From an uncultured Bacilli bacterium (lineage in GTDB: Bacteria; Bacillota_I; Bacilli_A; RFN20; CAG-826), in the NCBI GenBank assembly GCA_944350425.1, contig CALVOX010000001.1:41155-105154 (forward strand): a stretch of DNA of 64,000 nt, written 5' to 3'. Positions within the stretch are counted from its first letter, which is position 1, and each line of letters begins with the position of its first letter. Below, one piece after another: positions 18,832 to 27,779 of this stretch. A program made the translations under genes and the position numbers. Under the pieces are notes generated by a model, which saw only the letters and a program-made list of their open reading frames with translations, searched no databases and had not been told where the DNA came from.

Positions 18832-19323
18832 ATGTATCTTAATTTTGATTCAATTAGAAATAATCATGAAGAAGAAATTATTTATCATGGTGACAAAGAT
18901 AAATTAAACTCTTTAAATCATTCTTCAATTATTAAAGATATTGGAGATGTTAATGGCAAAATTTATTTAACTAAAGTCAATAATATCTTATCTTTAAGTT
19001 TGAATCTTGATGTTAGTTTAATCATTGAAAGTGCATATACTTTAAAAGATATTCCTTACTTTATTAAAATAGATGAAACTTTGTATTATACTAATGACGA
19101 ATCTTTAGAGAGCGAAGAAGTATTTTTAACTAAGAATAAGCTAGATTTAGAAGAGATAATTTATTCTTTAATTATTACTTTAGTGCCTTTAAATGCCCAT
19201 GGAGAAAATGAAATTTTACCATCTAGTGATGAGTTTAAAGTATATAGCGAAGAGGAGTTAGAAAAGGAAAATTCCTCTAATAACGAATCTCCATTCGATA
19301 TTTTAAAAGATTTAGATCTATAA
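18832..19323 (+). CDS. YceD/DUF177-family protein
   Basis: 163 aa, acidic C-terminus ending …NESPFDILKDLDL, as in DUF177. RBS inside the pheT end. Confidence 0.5.
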   Translation: MYLNFDSIRNNHEEEIIYHGDKDKLNSLNHSSIIKDIGDVNGKIYLTKVNNILSLSLNLDVSLIIESAYTLKDIPYFIKIDETLYYTNDESLESEEVFLTKNKLDLEEIIYSLIITLVPLNAHGENEILPSSDEFKVYSEEELEKENSSNNESPFDILKDLDL

Positions 19324-19344
19324 GTGACACAAAACAGCATATTA

Positions 19345-19381
19345 AAAAAATTAGGTGGGATAATGTCCCACCTTTTAATTT
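19345..19381 (+). terminator. Rho-independent terminator
   Basis: aggtggga-taat-gtcccacct followed by tttaattt. Confidence 0.7.
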
Positions 19382-19544
19382 GCTTAAAAATCCTTATTTT
19401 TTACAAAAAAATATACTAATTTTTGACTAGAAAATAAAAGTAACGATATATTCTCTACTTTTTTATAAAAAAAGTATTTGCCAATACCATAATTTCCCAC
19501 TAAAATTTAGTCATGTGGTAGAAAGTGGGAGAAAGTAGAAGACA

Positions 19545-19982
19545 ATGTTTATAGGCAGTTATGACTATGTTATTGATTCCAAATCTAGATTAGTTATCCC
19601 TTCTAAATTCAGAAACGAATTTGGAAACGATTCTAATATCTATTTAACAAGAGGTTTTGATGGCTGCTTAAGTGTCTATAAAGAAAGTGATTTCAAAGAA
19701 GTTCTCTTGCGTTATAAATCCCATAGCTTCGAAAAGAGCGAAGTAAGAGAAACTCTTAGAAGTTTCCTCGATTCAGTCGTTCAATTATCATTAGATTCTC
19801 AAGGTAGAATCCTCATTCCAAAAAATCTATTAGCAAAATTCGAAATTTCATCTAAAGTCCATATCTTAGGAGCAATCGATCACTTCGAAATATGGGATGC
19901 TAATAAATGGGAAGAATTAAATTCCAAAAATGATGCAAATTTCGAAACTAATGCTGAAAAAATATTCAAAGATGAAATCTAA
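19545..19982 (+). CDS. mraZ: Transcriptional regulator MraZ
   Basis: MFIGSYDYVIDSKSRLVIPSKFR duplicated SpoVT/AbrB-like motif (…GRILIPKNL…). Confidence 0.9.
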   Translation: MFIGSYDYVIDSKSRLVIPSKFRNEFGNDSNIYLTRGFDGCLSVYKESDFKEVLLRYKSHSFEKSEVRETLRSFLDSVVQLSLDSQGRILIPKNLLAKFEISSKVHILGAIDHFEIWDANKWEELNSKNDANFETNAEKIFKDEI

Positions 19983-20928
19983 TGAACATATAAGTGTTTT
20001 GCTTAATGAAGCGCTCGAAGGACTTAATATTAAACCTGATGGAACATATGTTGATATGACATTAGGTCGAGCTGGACATTCTTCAAAAATACTTGAACGA
20101 TTAAATAATAAAGGTAAATTAATTGCCTTTGATCAAGATATAGAAGCTATAACTTATTCAAAAGAAAAATTATCAAGCATAAGTTCTAACTTCGAAATCA
20201 TCTACTCTAACTTCGTTAATGCTAAGGAAGAGTTAAGTAAGAGAGATATAACTAAAGTTGATGGTATACTTTATGACTTAGGGGTATCTTCTCCACAATT
20301 TGATGAAGACTATCGAGGATTCTCTTATAGATATAACGCCCCACTTGATATGAGAATGGATTTAAATAATCCACTAACTGCAAAAGAAGTTGTTAACAAA
20401 TATTCTTTAAATGATTTGACTAAAATATTTAAAGAATATGGGGAAGAAAGATATTCTTATTTAATAGCTAAAAAGATTGTAGAAGTAAGAAATAAAAAAG
20501 AAATCAATACAACCTTTGAACTAGTAGATATCATTAAATCTTCCATTCCTAAAAAAGAATTATTTAAGGATAAGCATCCGGCTAAACAAGTATTTCAAGC
20601 TCTTAGAATTGAAGTAAATAATGAACTTAAAGTACTTGAAAAATCTTTAAATGATGCACTTACTATTCTAAATAAAAACGGAAGAATAGTAGTAATTACG
20701 TTCCATTCATTAGAAGACAAAATTGTAAAAAATACCTTTAATAAAGTAGCAAAAATTAAAGGTGATCGCCATAACGACTATCTTCTTCCTAGTGAAATTA
20801 AAAAACCTGAGTTTATTTTAATTAATAAAAAGGTAATTACGCCAAGCGAAGAAGAACTTGAATTAAATCATCGAGCTAAATCAGCAAAACTTAGAATTAT
20901 TGAAAGAGTAGAAACAAAAGGAGAATAA
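19972..20928 (+). CDS. rsmH: 16S rRNA (cytosine1402-N4)-methyltransferase RsmH
   Basis: HISVLLNEALEGL…DMTLGRAGHS…DLGVSSPQFD. Start chosen at the in-frame ATG 19972 (MKSNEHISVLL). The ORF track extends to 19930, so the start is uncertain. Confidence 0.85.
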   Translation: MKSNEHISVLLNEALEGLNIKPDGTYVDMTLGRAGHSSKILERLNNKGKLIAFDQDIEAITYSKEKLSSISSNFEIIYSNFVNAKEELSKRDITKVDGILYDLGVSSPQFDEDYRGFSYRYNAPLDMRMDLNNPLTAKEVVNKYSLNDLTKIFKEYGEERYSYLIAKKIVEVRNKKEINTTFELVDIIKSSIPKKELFKDKHPAKQVFQALRIEVNNELKVLEKSLNDALTILNKNGRIVVITFHSLEDKIVKNTFNKVAKIKGDRHNDYLLPSEIKKPEFILINKKVITPSEEELELNHRAKSAKLRIIERVETKGE

Positions 20929-20935
20929 ATGTCTT

Positions 20936-21160
20936 ATGAAAATGAAAGATAAAATCTATAGAAACAATCATAAAAAAGGATACTATTATTTTAAAAAAGC
21001 ATCTTTAAGTGCAGGTATATTTGTTGGTGCTTTTATTTTCTTAGCAATTCCAGTTTCAATCATTAGATCAATCGTTATTCGTCCTAATGCTATCGAACAA
21101 AAAGAAGCAAGTAGTGAAACAAGTAACAATAATAAAGAAGTTTCATTATTAAAATTTTAA
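20936..21160 (+). CDS. FtsL-like small bitopic membrane protein
   Basis: 74 aa with a single TM, in the ftsL position after rsmH. Confidence 0.4.
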   Translation: MKMKDKIYRNNHKKGYYYFKKASLSAGIFVGAFIFLAIPVSIIRSIVIRPNAIEQKEASSETSNNNKEVSLLKF

Positions 21161-21198
21161 TTTATTTATAACTTTCTAACATATAATTTCCCCTTTAT

Positions 21199-21236
21199 AA
21201 AAAGTCATACAAATACATTGATGACTTTTTATTTTT
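21199..21236 (+). terminator. Rho-independent terminator
   Basis: aaagtcat-(12-nt loop)-atgacttt followed by ttatttttg. Confidence 0.55.
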
Positions 21237-21410
21237 GCTTATTTTTATTCGAAATAAATGTTATCAAAACTTTATAATTTATGATTATTTTTAAGTTACA
21301 AACTAAATAAATACAATATTAATATTACTTATTTTTTATATACATTCTTTATTAGCAATTTACATATCTTTCAATTGTTTTTTTATCTCTTAGATATTAA
21401 AATTATTGAT

Positions 21411-22643
21411 ATGGATATAACTGTTGCAACAATTGAAATAAAAAATACATCTTTTAAACTTTTAATCGGATATTTATACGATAATAAGATAAATGTTCTA
21501 TATAATAGAACATATCCTTTAAGAGTGTCGAATAAAGATGGCGATATATTTGATTTAGCTTCTTTAAGCGAAGATTTAAAACAAATTAAAGTAATTGAAG
21601 ATCCTAAAAAGAGATTAAAAGTTACAATTAATGATTTAGTTTTGATTTTACCTCCTTTTGGTCTTAATGTTTTTAGTGATACTAAAACTACTAATACTAT
21701 TGCTCAAAACGGGATGATTGATAAGATTGATATTGCTAATGCTTTATCAATGGTAAAAAAAGTAAGAATCGAAGAACCAAATGATGAGATAGTCGATATT
21801 ATTCCAAATGTTTTTGGAGTTGATGGCAATCGTACTTTTAAAGAACCTCCTTTAGGTTATATTTCATCTTCTTTACTAGTTAAAGCTCATATTTTTACTC
21901 TTCCATCAAAACTTGTAAATAATTTTAAAAAAGCAGTTCTCGATGCTGGTTTTTCAATTAAAAGAACAGTAATTGCTCCTTTAGGAGTTAACTCACTTTT
22001 AGAGCTTAATAAAGCTGTCGGAGATCGTTACGTTTTAGTAGATTACAATAAAGATAATACGGTAATTTCATTCTTTGGTAACGGTAAACTATATGCTTCA
22101 AAATATTTTGATGTTGGTGGAGAAGATATTACGAAAGATATTGCTAATTCTTTTGAAATTTCAATGGATAAGGCTGAAGAAATTAAATGCATTTATGGTT
22201 TAGATTTAAGAGAAACAGAATTTAATGCTCCTATTCTATCAGTCTTAGGGGATGATGGTTTGCCAAGAAAACATAATGTAAAAGAACTTAATAAGATTGT
22301 TAATGAATCACTTGATAAATGGAATACATTCTTTTCAAATTGTCTTTCAACCTTACTTGCTGAATATGGGGATTTAAAAAATATTATTCCACTTGTTTTT
22401 ATTGGCAATGGTACTTTACTTAATGGTTTTAAAGATTACGTTAAGAAATATTACACTTCAAATAAAATTACTTTCTATACAAACGATTCAATAGGAGCGC
22501 TTGAGCCTGGTGATATCAATATGCTTGGAGCAATTGCTTTTTCTTCGATTTATAAAGGTTCACTTGAAGATGAAGCTAAAATTGATATTGCAAGTGTTAA
22601 TAGAAAGCAAAAAGAATATCATGAAGAAGATGATGAATTATAG
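21411..22643 (+). CDS. ftsA: Cell division protein FtsA
   Basis: Actin-like ATPase; GGEDITKDIANSF is the FtsA phosphate-2/adenosine motif. Start set at ATG 21411 (MDITVATIEI) rather than the TTG at 21375. Confidence 0.8.
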   Translation: MDITVATIEIKNTSFKLLIGYLYDNKINVLYNRTYPLRVSNKDGDIFDLASLSEDLKQIKVIEDPKKRLKVTINDLVLILPPFGLNVFSDTKTTNTIAQNGMIDKIDIANALSMVKKVRIEEPNDEIVDIIPNVFGVDGNRTFKEPPLGYISSSLLVKAHIFTLPSKLVNNFKKAVLDAGFSIKRTVIAPLGVNSLLELNKAVGDRYVLVDYNKDNTVISFFGNGKLYASKYFDVGGEDITKDIANSFEISMDKAEEIKCIYGLDLRETEFNAPILSVLGDDGLPRKHNVKELNKIVNESLDKWNTFFSNCLSTLLAEYGDLKNIIPLVFIGNGTLLNGFKDYVKKYYTSNKITFYTNDSIGALEPGDINMLGAIAFSSIYKGSLEDEAKIDIASVNRKQKEYHEEDDEL

Positions 22644-22658
22644 TTTAGGAGAAAAAGT

Positions 22659-23819
22659 ATGCTTGATACACATGATTTAGATAGTTTTGAACCGGTAGCT
22701 CGAATTGTAGTTATTGGTATTGGCGGAGCTGGTAATAACGCCGTTAATAGAATGATTGATGAAGACATCCGTAATGTCGAATTTTATGTTGCAAACACTG
22801 ATAAGCAAGCCCTTTCTCTTTCTAAAGCTCCTAATAGAATTATTTTAGGTGAAAATATTACTGGCGGACTTGGTGCTGGAGGTGATCCTCAAACTGGTAA
22901 AGATGCTGCTGAAGCTTCAACTGAAGAAATTAGAGAAATTGTTCGTGGAGCTAATATGGTTTTTATTGCTGCTGGTATGGGTGGTGGAACTGGTACTGGG
23001 GCAGCTCCAGTTATTTCTAAAATTGCAAAAGATGAAGGCGCTTTAACTGTTGCGATTGTTACTAGACCATTTACTTTTGAAGGAAAAAAGAAAGTTGAAA
23101 CATCAATTCAAGGTTTAAATGAACTTAGAAAATGTTGCGATGCTTTAATTGTTGTTAGTAATGACAAACTTTTACTTTCAAGTGGTAATTCACCAATTTC
23201 AGCTGCTTTTTCAATGGCTGATGGTGTTTTATCAGATTCAGTTAAAACGGTTACTGATTTAATTTTAATGCCTGCTTTTATTAATCTTGATTTTGCTGAT
23301 GTTAGAGCAACTTTAAAAGATAGTGGTGTTGCTTTAATTGGTTTTGGTTCAGGTAGTGGGCCAAATAATGCAATTGAAGCTGCTGAAAGCGCTTTATCTT
23401 GCCCATTAATTGAACAATCTATTCAAGGTGCACAAAAAGCAATATGTCATATTACATGTGGTCCTAAAGTATCATTACTCGATTGTCAAACATGTGTTGA
23501 CCATATGGTTTATGCTTGTGGAGGAAATCTTGATCTTAAATTTGGTATTTCAGTAAATGATCAACTTGATGATCAAATTTTAGTTTCAATTATTGCTGGT
23601 AACTTTAATACTGAATTTGATTTCTCAGTTAATCCAGGAACAAAGATTGATTTAAGTGAACTTAAAGCTCAAAGAGAGAAGAACTTACAAGATTATTATT
23701 CTAAAAAAGCTGAGCAAGATAAAAAACTTAGAGAACAAGAAGATGTTGAAGAAAATAAAGATGAAGCTAATTTAGAAGAATCAATCATTCCTGAATTCTT
23801 AAATGATGACGATTTTTAA
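22659..23819 (+). CDS. ftsZ: Cell division GTPase FtsZ
   Basis: GGGTGTG tubulin signature and NTD (Asn-Thr-Asp) motif. Acidic C-terminal tail. Confidence 0.95.
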   Translation: MLDTHDLDSFEPVARIVVIGIGGAGNNAVNRMIDEDIRNVEFYVANTDKQALSLSKAPNRIILGENITGGLGAGGDPQTGKDAAEASTEEIREIVRGANMVFIAAGMGGGTGTGAAPVISKIAKDEGALTVAIVTRPFTFEGKKKVETSIQGLNELRKCCDALIVVSNDKLLLSSGNSPISAAFSMADGVLSDSVKTVTDLILMPAFINLDFADVRATLKDSGVALIGFGSGSGPNNAIEAAESALSCPLIEQSIQGAQKAICHITCGPKVSLLDCQTCVDHMVYACGGNLDLKFGISVNDQLDDQILVSIIAGNFNTEFDFSVNPGTKIDLSELKAQREKNLQDYYSKKAEQDKKLREQEDVEENKDEANLEESIIPEFLNDDDF

Positions 23820-23849
23820 AATTTAATTACAAATTAAAAAAAGACATTT

Positions 23850-23892
23850 TTAAAACCATTAAGTAGTAATCACTTAATGGTTTTATTTTATT
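23850..23892. terminator. Bidirectional terminator between convergent ftsZ and a minus-strand gene
   Basis: aaaccattaagt-agtaatc-acttaatggttt, with T-runs on both sides. Confidence 0.65.
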
Positions 23893-23911
23893 TAAACTAT
23901 CTAATTATTAA

Positions 23912-24352
23912 CTATAATCTAATATAGCGATGAGTTTTAACAACTAAAAGATACGAATAATAAATTGCAGAATTAAATAAAAGAAGTGTTCCAAAAGTTA
24001 GAAAAGCTAAAGATTTAATAAATTCATTTTGACCAAAGATAAAATATAAACCCAAAGCAATTAAAACTAATGAAATAACATTAACTACTATAACAACTAT
24101 TAATGCAAATTTATTAATCTTTCCATCATCTTCAAAAACTAGCGTATATAACATTGAATCTTCTTTTTTAAATGCTTTTATCGAAACAAAAAATTCAGTT
24201 GAAGCAATTAATAAAGCAACAATTAAAGATATTGTGACTAATAGTGAATCTGTATCAAAATGACTTAAATTAAGTCCAAGATAAAGAATATAAAACGGCA
24301 GCTGTAAAATCGAAAAAATTAAAGATAATATACGATAAATTCTAATAGACAT
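23912..24352 (-). CDS. Hypothetical membrane protein
   Basis: 146 aa with 4 predicted TM helices, immediately downstream of the GH13 gene (3-nt gap). Confidence 0.5.
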   Translation of the reverse strand: MSIRIYRILSLIFSILQLPFYILYLGLNLSHFDTDSLLVTISLIVALLIASTEFFVSIKAFKKEDSMLYTLVFEDDGKINKFALIVVIVVNVISLVLIALGLYFIFGQNEFIKSLAFLTFGTLLLFNSAIYYSYLLVVKTHRYIRL

Positions 24353-24354
24353 AT

Positions 24355-25686
24355 TTAATTATTATATTTTTTATTTTCAATATCTGTAGCTTTAAATAAG
24401 AATAATGGTTCTTTTACTCTAATGCTATGATTTTTAATTAAAACTATTTTAGAAGTAAAGTAATCAACATAAGCTCCATCATTTAGTTTTTCATCTCTAA
24501 TTAAAACACCATTATTTGACATAGAAGTTGAAAGATTAAACAAACCATAAGAAGTAGAACCATCTTTATAATGATTAATAATACCTAAATTTCTTCCTTT
24601 TGAAGTTAAAACTTCACTAATTGTTAGATCTAAATTAACCTTATTTTTTTTAAATTCAATTAATTTTTTAATATAGTTAAACCATTCAATATCAATACTT
24701 AAATCTAATTGGTCTTTTTCAAATAAATCAAGATGATGATCAGCTTTAGTTTCTAGACCGTTATAAATAAACATAGGTCCTTTCATAAATACTGGAAAAG
24801 CTGCCAAATTCTTAATTAAAGTTTTATTTTTACTATATTCACATAATCTTCTTTGATCGTGGTTTTCTAATCCTCTAATACGTAAATTATTAGAAGGATT
24901 ATAAGATTCTTCATAATTAAGTAAAACTTTATACATATCTAAATATCTAGATTCTTTAGTGTCTAAATAAGTTCTAAGTTCATTAAAATTATTATATGGA
25001 TAAAGTAAATCAAAACCTAACATATAAAGTTCAGCATCACTTAAAGCGTTAAAGCCAATAGATCTAACATAACTTATGAAACCTGAATCAACCGATTCAC
25101 AAAGTAAAATAGTAGAAGGATATTTTGCATCCAACATCTCTTTTAACTTTTTATAAAAAGAAGAATAAATTAATGAACCGACATCAAATCTAAATCCATC
25201 TACTCCTAAAGAACAATAATATTCGATTACACCTACTAAATAGTTAATTAAATCTTCGTTATTAAAATCTAAATCATAAACATCTGACCAATCGCCAGCT
25301 TTATTTGCAAAATTACCATTTTTATCATGATACATCCGTTCTGGATGTTCATTCATTATTACAGAATCTCTAGAAGTATGATTAAAGACAATATCAATCA
25401 TTATCTTCATGTTTTTTTCATGAGTTTTATTAATTAAAGATTTAAAATCATCAATAGATCCATATTCTGGATTAACTTTATAATAATCTTTAATAGAATA
25501 AGGTGAACCTAATGAACCTTTTCTTCCAACTCTTCCGATTTCATTAATTGGGAGAAGATATAATATATCGCTACCTAACTCTTTAATATAATCTAATTTA
25601 GTTTCTAAAGCATTAAATGTTCCTTCAAGAGTATAGTTTCTTGGAAATACTTGATAAATAATGTTTGTTTTTAATTCAGTTTTCAT
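24355..25686 (-). CDS. Cytoplasmic GH13 alpha-glucosidase/amylase-family enzyme
   Basis: GVDGFRFDV (nucleophile region), LLCES (acid/base), LENHDQ. No signal peptide. Start set at the second ATG (MKTELKTNIIYQVFPRNYT) after aggtaaagg. Confidence 0.8.
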   Translation of the reverse strand: MKTELKTNIIYQVFPRNYTLEGTFNALETKLDYIKELGSDILYLLPINEIGRVGRKGSLGSPYSIKDYYKVNPEYGSIDDFKSLINKTHEKNMKIMIDIVFNHTSRDSVIMNEHPERMYHDKNGNFANKAGDWSDVYDLDFNNEDLINYLVGVIEYYCSLGVDGFRFDVGSLIYSSFYKKLKEMLDAKYPSTILLCESVDSGFISYVRSIGFNALSDAELYMLGFDLLYPYNNFNELRTYLDTKESRYLDMYKVLLNYEESYNPSNNLRIRGLENHDQRRLCEYSKNKTLIKNLAAFPVFMKGPMFIYNGLETKADHHLDLFEKDQLDLSIDIEWFNYIKKLIEFKKNKVNLDLTISEVLTSKGRNLGIINHYKDGSTSYGLFNLSTSMSNNGVLIRDEKLNDGAYVDYFTSKIVLIKNHSIRVKEPLFLFKATDIENKKYNN

Positions 25687-25762
25687 AAATAAATTTACCT
25701 TTACCTTTAAATTTAAGTCAAAAGTCATTATTATATTTATAAGAATTTTATAAAAATATAAA

Positions 25763-25789
25763 TTTTGGTTAAAATTGATTTAACCAAAA
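25763..25789. promoter_or_regulatory. 11-5-11 perfect dyad (candidate operator) in the divergent GH13/malQ1 intergenic region
   Basis: ttttggttaaa-attga-tttaaccaaaa. Confidence 0.35.
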
Positions 25790-25847
25790 TAATAATAATA
25801 AAATTAATATTAATTTCAAGAAGAAAAGCTAGATAAACTGTATTATT

Positions 25848-27521
25848 ATGAATAAAGAAAAAGTAAATAAGAAAATAATTGAAGATTTATATTCAAATGA
25901 AAATATCAATGTAACTTATAATAACGGTTATAATTTTAACATTAATAATTTCACAAATTTTTATAATATATTAAATTTAGAAGAATATAAAAAACATAAG
26001 CAAAGTGGCATTTTACTTCATATTAGTCAATTGCCTTCAAAATATGGAATAGGTAGTTTAGGTAAAGAAGCCTTTAAATTTATTGATTTTTTAAAAGAAA
26101 CAGGTTTTTCTTATTGGGAAATACTTCCAATTTATGATGTTGGATATTTAAATTCCCCATTCCAAGTAATTACCTCAAAAGGATTAAATCATTATTTAAT
26201 TGATATAGAATCTTTAATTGAAGAGAATTTATTAACTTCAAGAGATTTAACTAATATTGATTTTGGAAGTAATCCTAAAAGAGTAGATTTCAACAAACTA
26301 TTTTTATATAAAGACGAAGTTCTTAAAAAAGCTTTTAAAAGATTTGATACCTCAAATCAAGAATTTATTAATTTTATTAATACTACAAATCTATCTTCTT
26401 ATTGTTTATATAAAGTAATTAAAGAAAGAAACGGTTCAAAAGCATGGTTTGATTTTGCTTTAGAAGATCGTTATTTTGATGAAGAAGTTAAATCTCATTA
26501 TATTAGACATTACCAAAAAGAAATCGAATATCAATTCTTTCTTCAATTTATCTTTTTGAAGCAATGGAATAAATTACATGATTATGCAAAAAAACAAAAT
26601 ATTGAAATAATCGGCGATCTACCTCATTTTTTAGGATATGATTCTGATGAAATGTATTTTAACCCAGAACTTTTTACGGTTGATAAAAGATACCAAGTAA
26701 CTTATGTTGCTGGTTATCCTAGTGATAATTTTAAACCTCAAGGTCAAAAATGGGGTTATCCTTTATATGATTGGGATTATATGAAATTAAATCACTACAA
26801 ATGGTGGAGAAGTAGAATTTTAGATGCTTTAAGTTTATTTGATAAAGTAAAACTAAACCATTTTAGAGGATTTTATGAAATATATGCGATTCCTTTTAGA
26901 AGTAAAAGTGCTAAAAGAGGCACTTGGATTAAAGGGCCTGGTTTAGATTTTATTTCTTCTATCTCTGATTTATCTCCTAGATTAATTGCTAGTGCTTTAG
27001 GTAATGATGATATTAAAATAACTAAATTTGTTAAAGATTCGAAGTTAGAAGTAACTAAAACTTTAATACCATCATTATTTGATAATATCGAACAAAGAAC
27101 ATATCCATCAATGGTAGATGAAAATACATATTATTATTTAGGTAATCACGATAATACAACTATTAAAACTAAATTAGATGCTTTATCAATTTTAGAAAAA
27201 GAAGAATTAGTAAATCTAATTAATAGTGAATGTGAAAAACTTAATGTTCCTTTACTAAATAGTCCATATTCTAACTTTGATATATCTTTAAAACTTAATG
27301 AACTTATCTATGCTTCAAAGGCAAATCATGTATCTCTTTTATTATCAAACGTTTTATATTTAGGTAAAGAAGCTAGACTTAATACACCAGGAACTTTAGA
27401 TACTTTAAACTGGACTTACCGTTATTTACAACATGATATTTTTAACGACAATATAAAAAAATATTTATTTAATTTAAATAAGACTTACAAAAGATTAAAT
27501 TATAAAAATTTCAAAGAATAG
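25848..27521 (+). CDS. GH77 4-alpha-glucanotransferase paralog lacking catalytic carboxylates (predicted inactive)
   Basis: Full-length alignment to the downstream MalQ2. VKLNHFRGF replaces RIDHFRGF (D to N), and LIASALGNDD replaces IVAEDLGMMDD (E to S, D to A). The HD motif is kept. It carries an extra ~50-aa N-rich N-terminus. Confidence 0.75.
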   Translation: MNKEKVNKKIIEDLYSNENINVTYNNGYNFNINNFTNFYNILNLEEYKKHKQSGILLHISQLPSKYGIGSLGKEAFKFIDFLKETGFSYWEILPIYDVGYLNSPFQVITSKGLNHYLIDIESLIEENLLTSRDLTNIDFGSNPKRVDFNKLFLYKDEVLKKAFKRFDTSNQEFINFINTTNLSSYCLYKVIKERNGSKAWFDFALEDRYFDEEVKSHYIRHYQKEIEYQFFLQFIFLKQWNKLHDYAKKQNIEIIGDLPHFLGYDSDEMYFNPELFTVDKRYQVTYVAGYPSDNFKPQGQKWGYPLYDWDYMKLNHYKWWRSRILDALSLFDKVKLNHFRGFYEIYAIPFRSKSAKRGTWIKGPGLDFISSISDLSPRLIASALGNDDIKITKFVKDSKLEVTKTLIPSLFDNIEQRTYPSMVDENTYYYLGNHDNTTIKTKLDALSILEKEELVNLINSECEKLNVPLLNSPYSNFDISLKLNELIYASKANHVSLLLSNVLYLGKEARLNTPGTLDTLNWTYRYLQHDIFNDNIKKYLFNLNKTYKRLNYKNFKE

Positions 27522-27705
27522 TTTTCACTTTTTATTTTATCGTGATTATATCAAGCATATATAAATTATGTAAATTAAGTTAAATAACACGATAACCATC
27601 GATATAATTTTAATTTTATGCAATTTTTTAATATATTTCTATAAAATTTCGTTTTAAATTTACACTTTTATCAAAATAATACGATTTTGGCTTACTTTTA
27701 TATAC

Positions 27706-27734
27706 TTGACTTAACAATAATTTGAAAATATAAT
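27706..27734 (+). promoter_or_regulatory. Sigma70-type promoter for malQ2-malEFG-amy-malK
   Basis: TTGACT, 17-nt spacer, TATAAT. Confidence 0.6.
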
Positions 27735-27747
27735 GAAAGCGCTTACA
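27734..27747 (+). promoter_or_regulatory. Catabolite-responsive element (cre) candidate
   Basis: TGAAAGCGCTTACA matches the cre consensus TGWNANCGNTNWCA at every constrained position. It lies immediately downstream of the -10. Confidence 0.5.
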
Positions 27748-27779
27748 CAAAGTATAAGCTAATTTTTTAAGGATTATAT

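Noticed and set aside
20929-20952. Tiny ORF MSYENER overlapping the rsmH stop
   Set aside because: 7 codons and no RBS. The ftsL-like ATG at 20936 is preferred.
21375-21410. TTG-initiated N-terminal extension of ftsA
   Set aside because: FtsA homologs start near MDITVATIEI, so the internal ATG 21411 is chosen.
22193-22408. 71-aa minus ORF
   Set aside because: Antisense within ftsA.
22849-23046. 65-aa plus ORF
   Set aside because: Alternative frame inside ftsZ.
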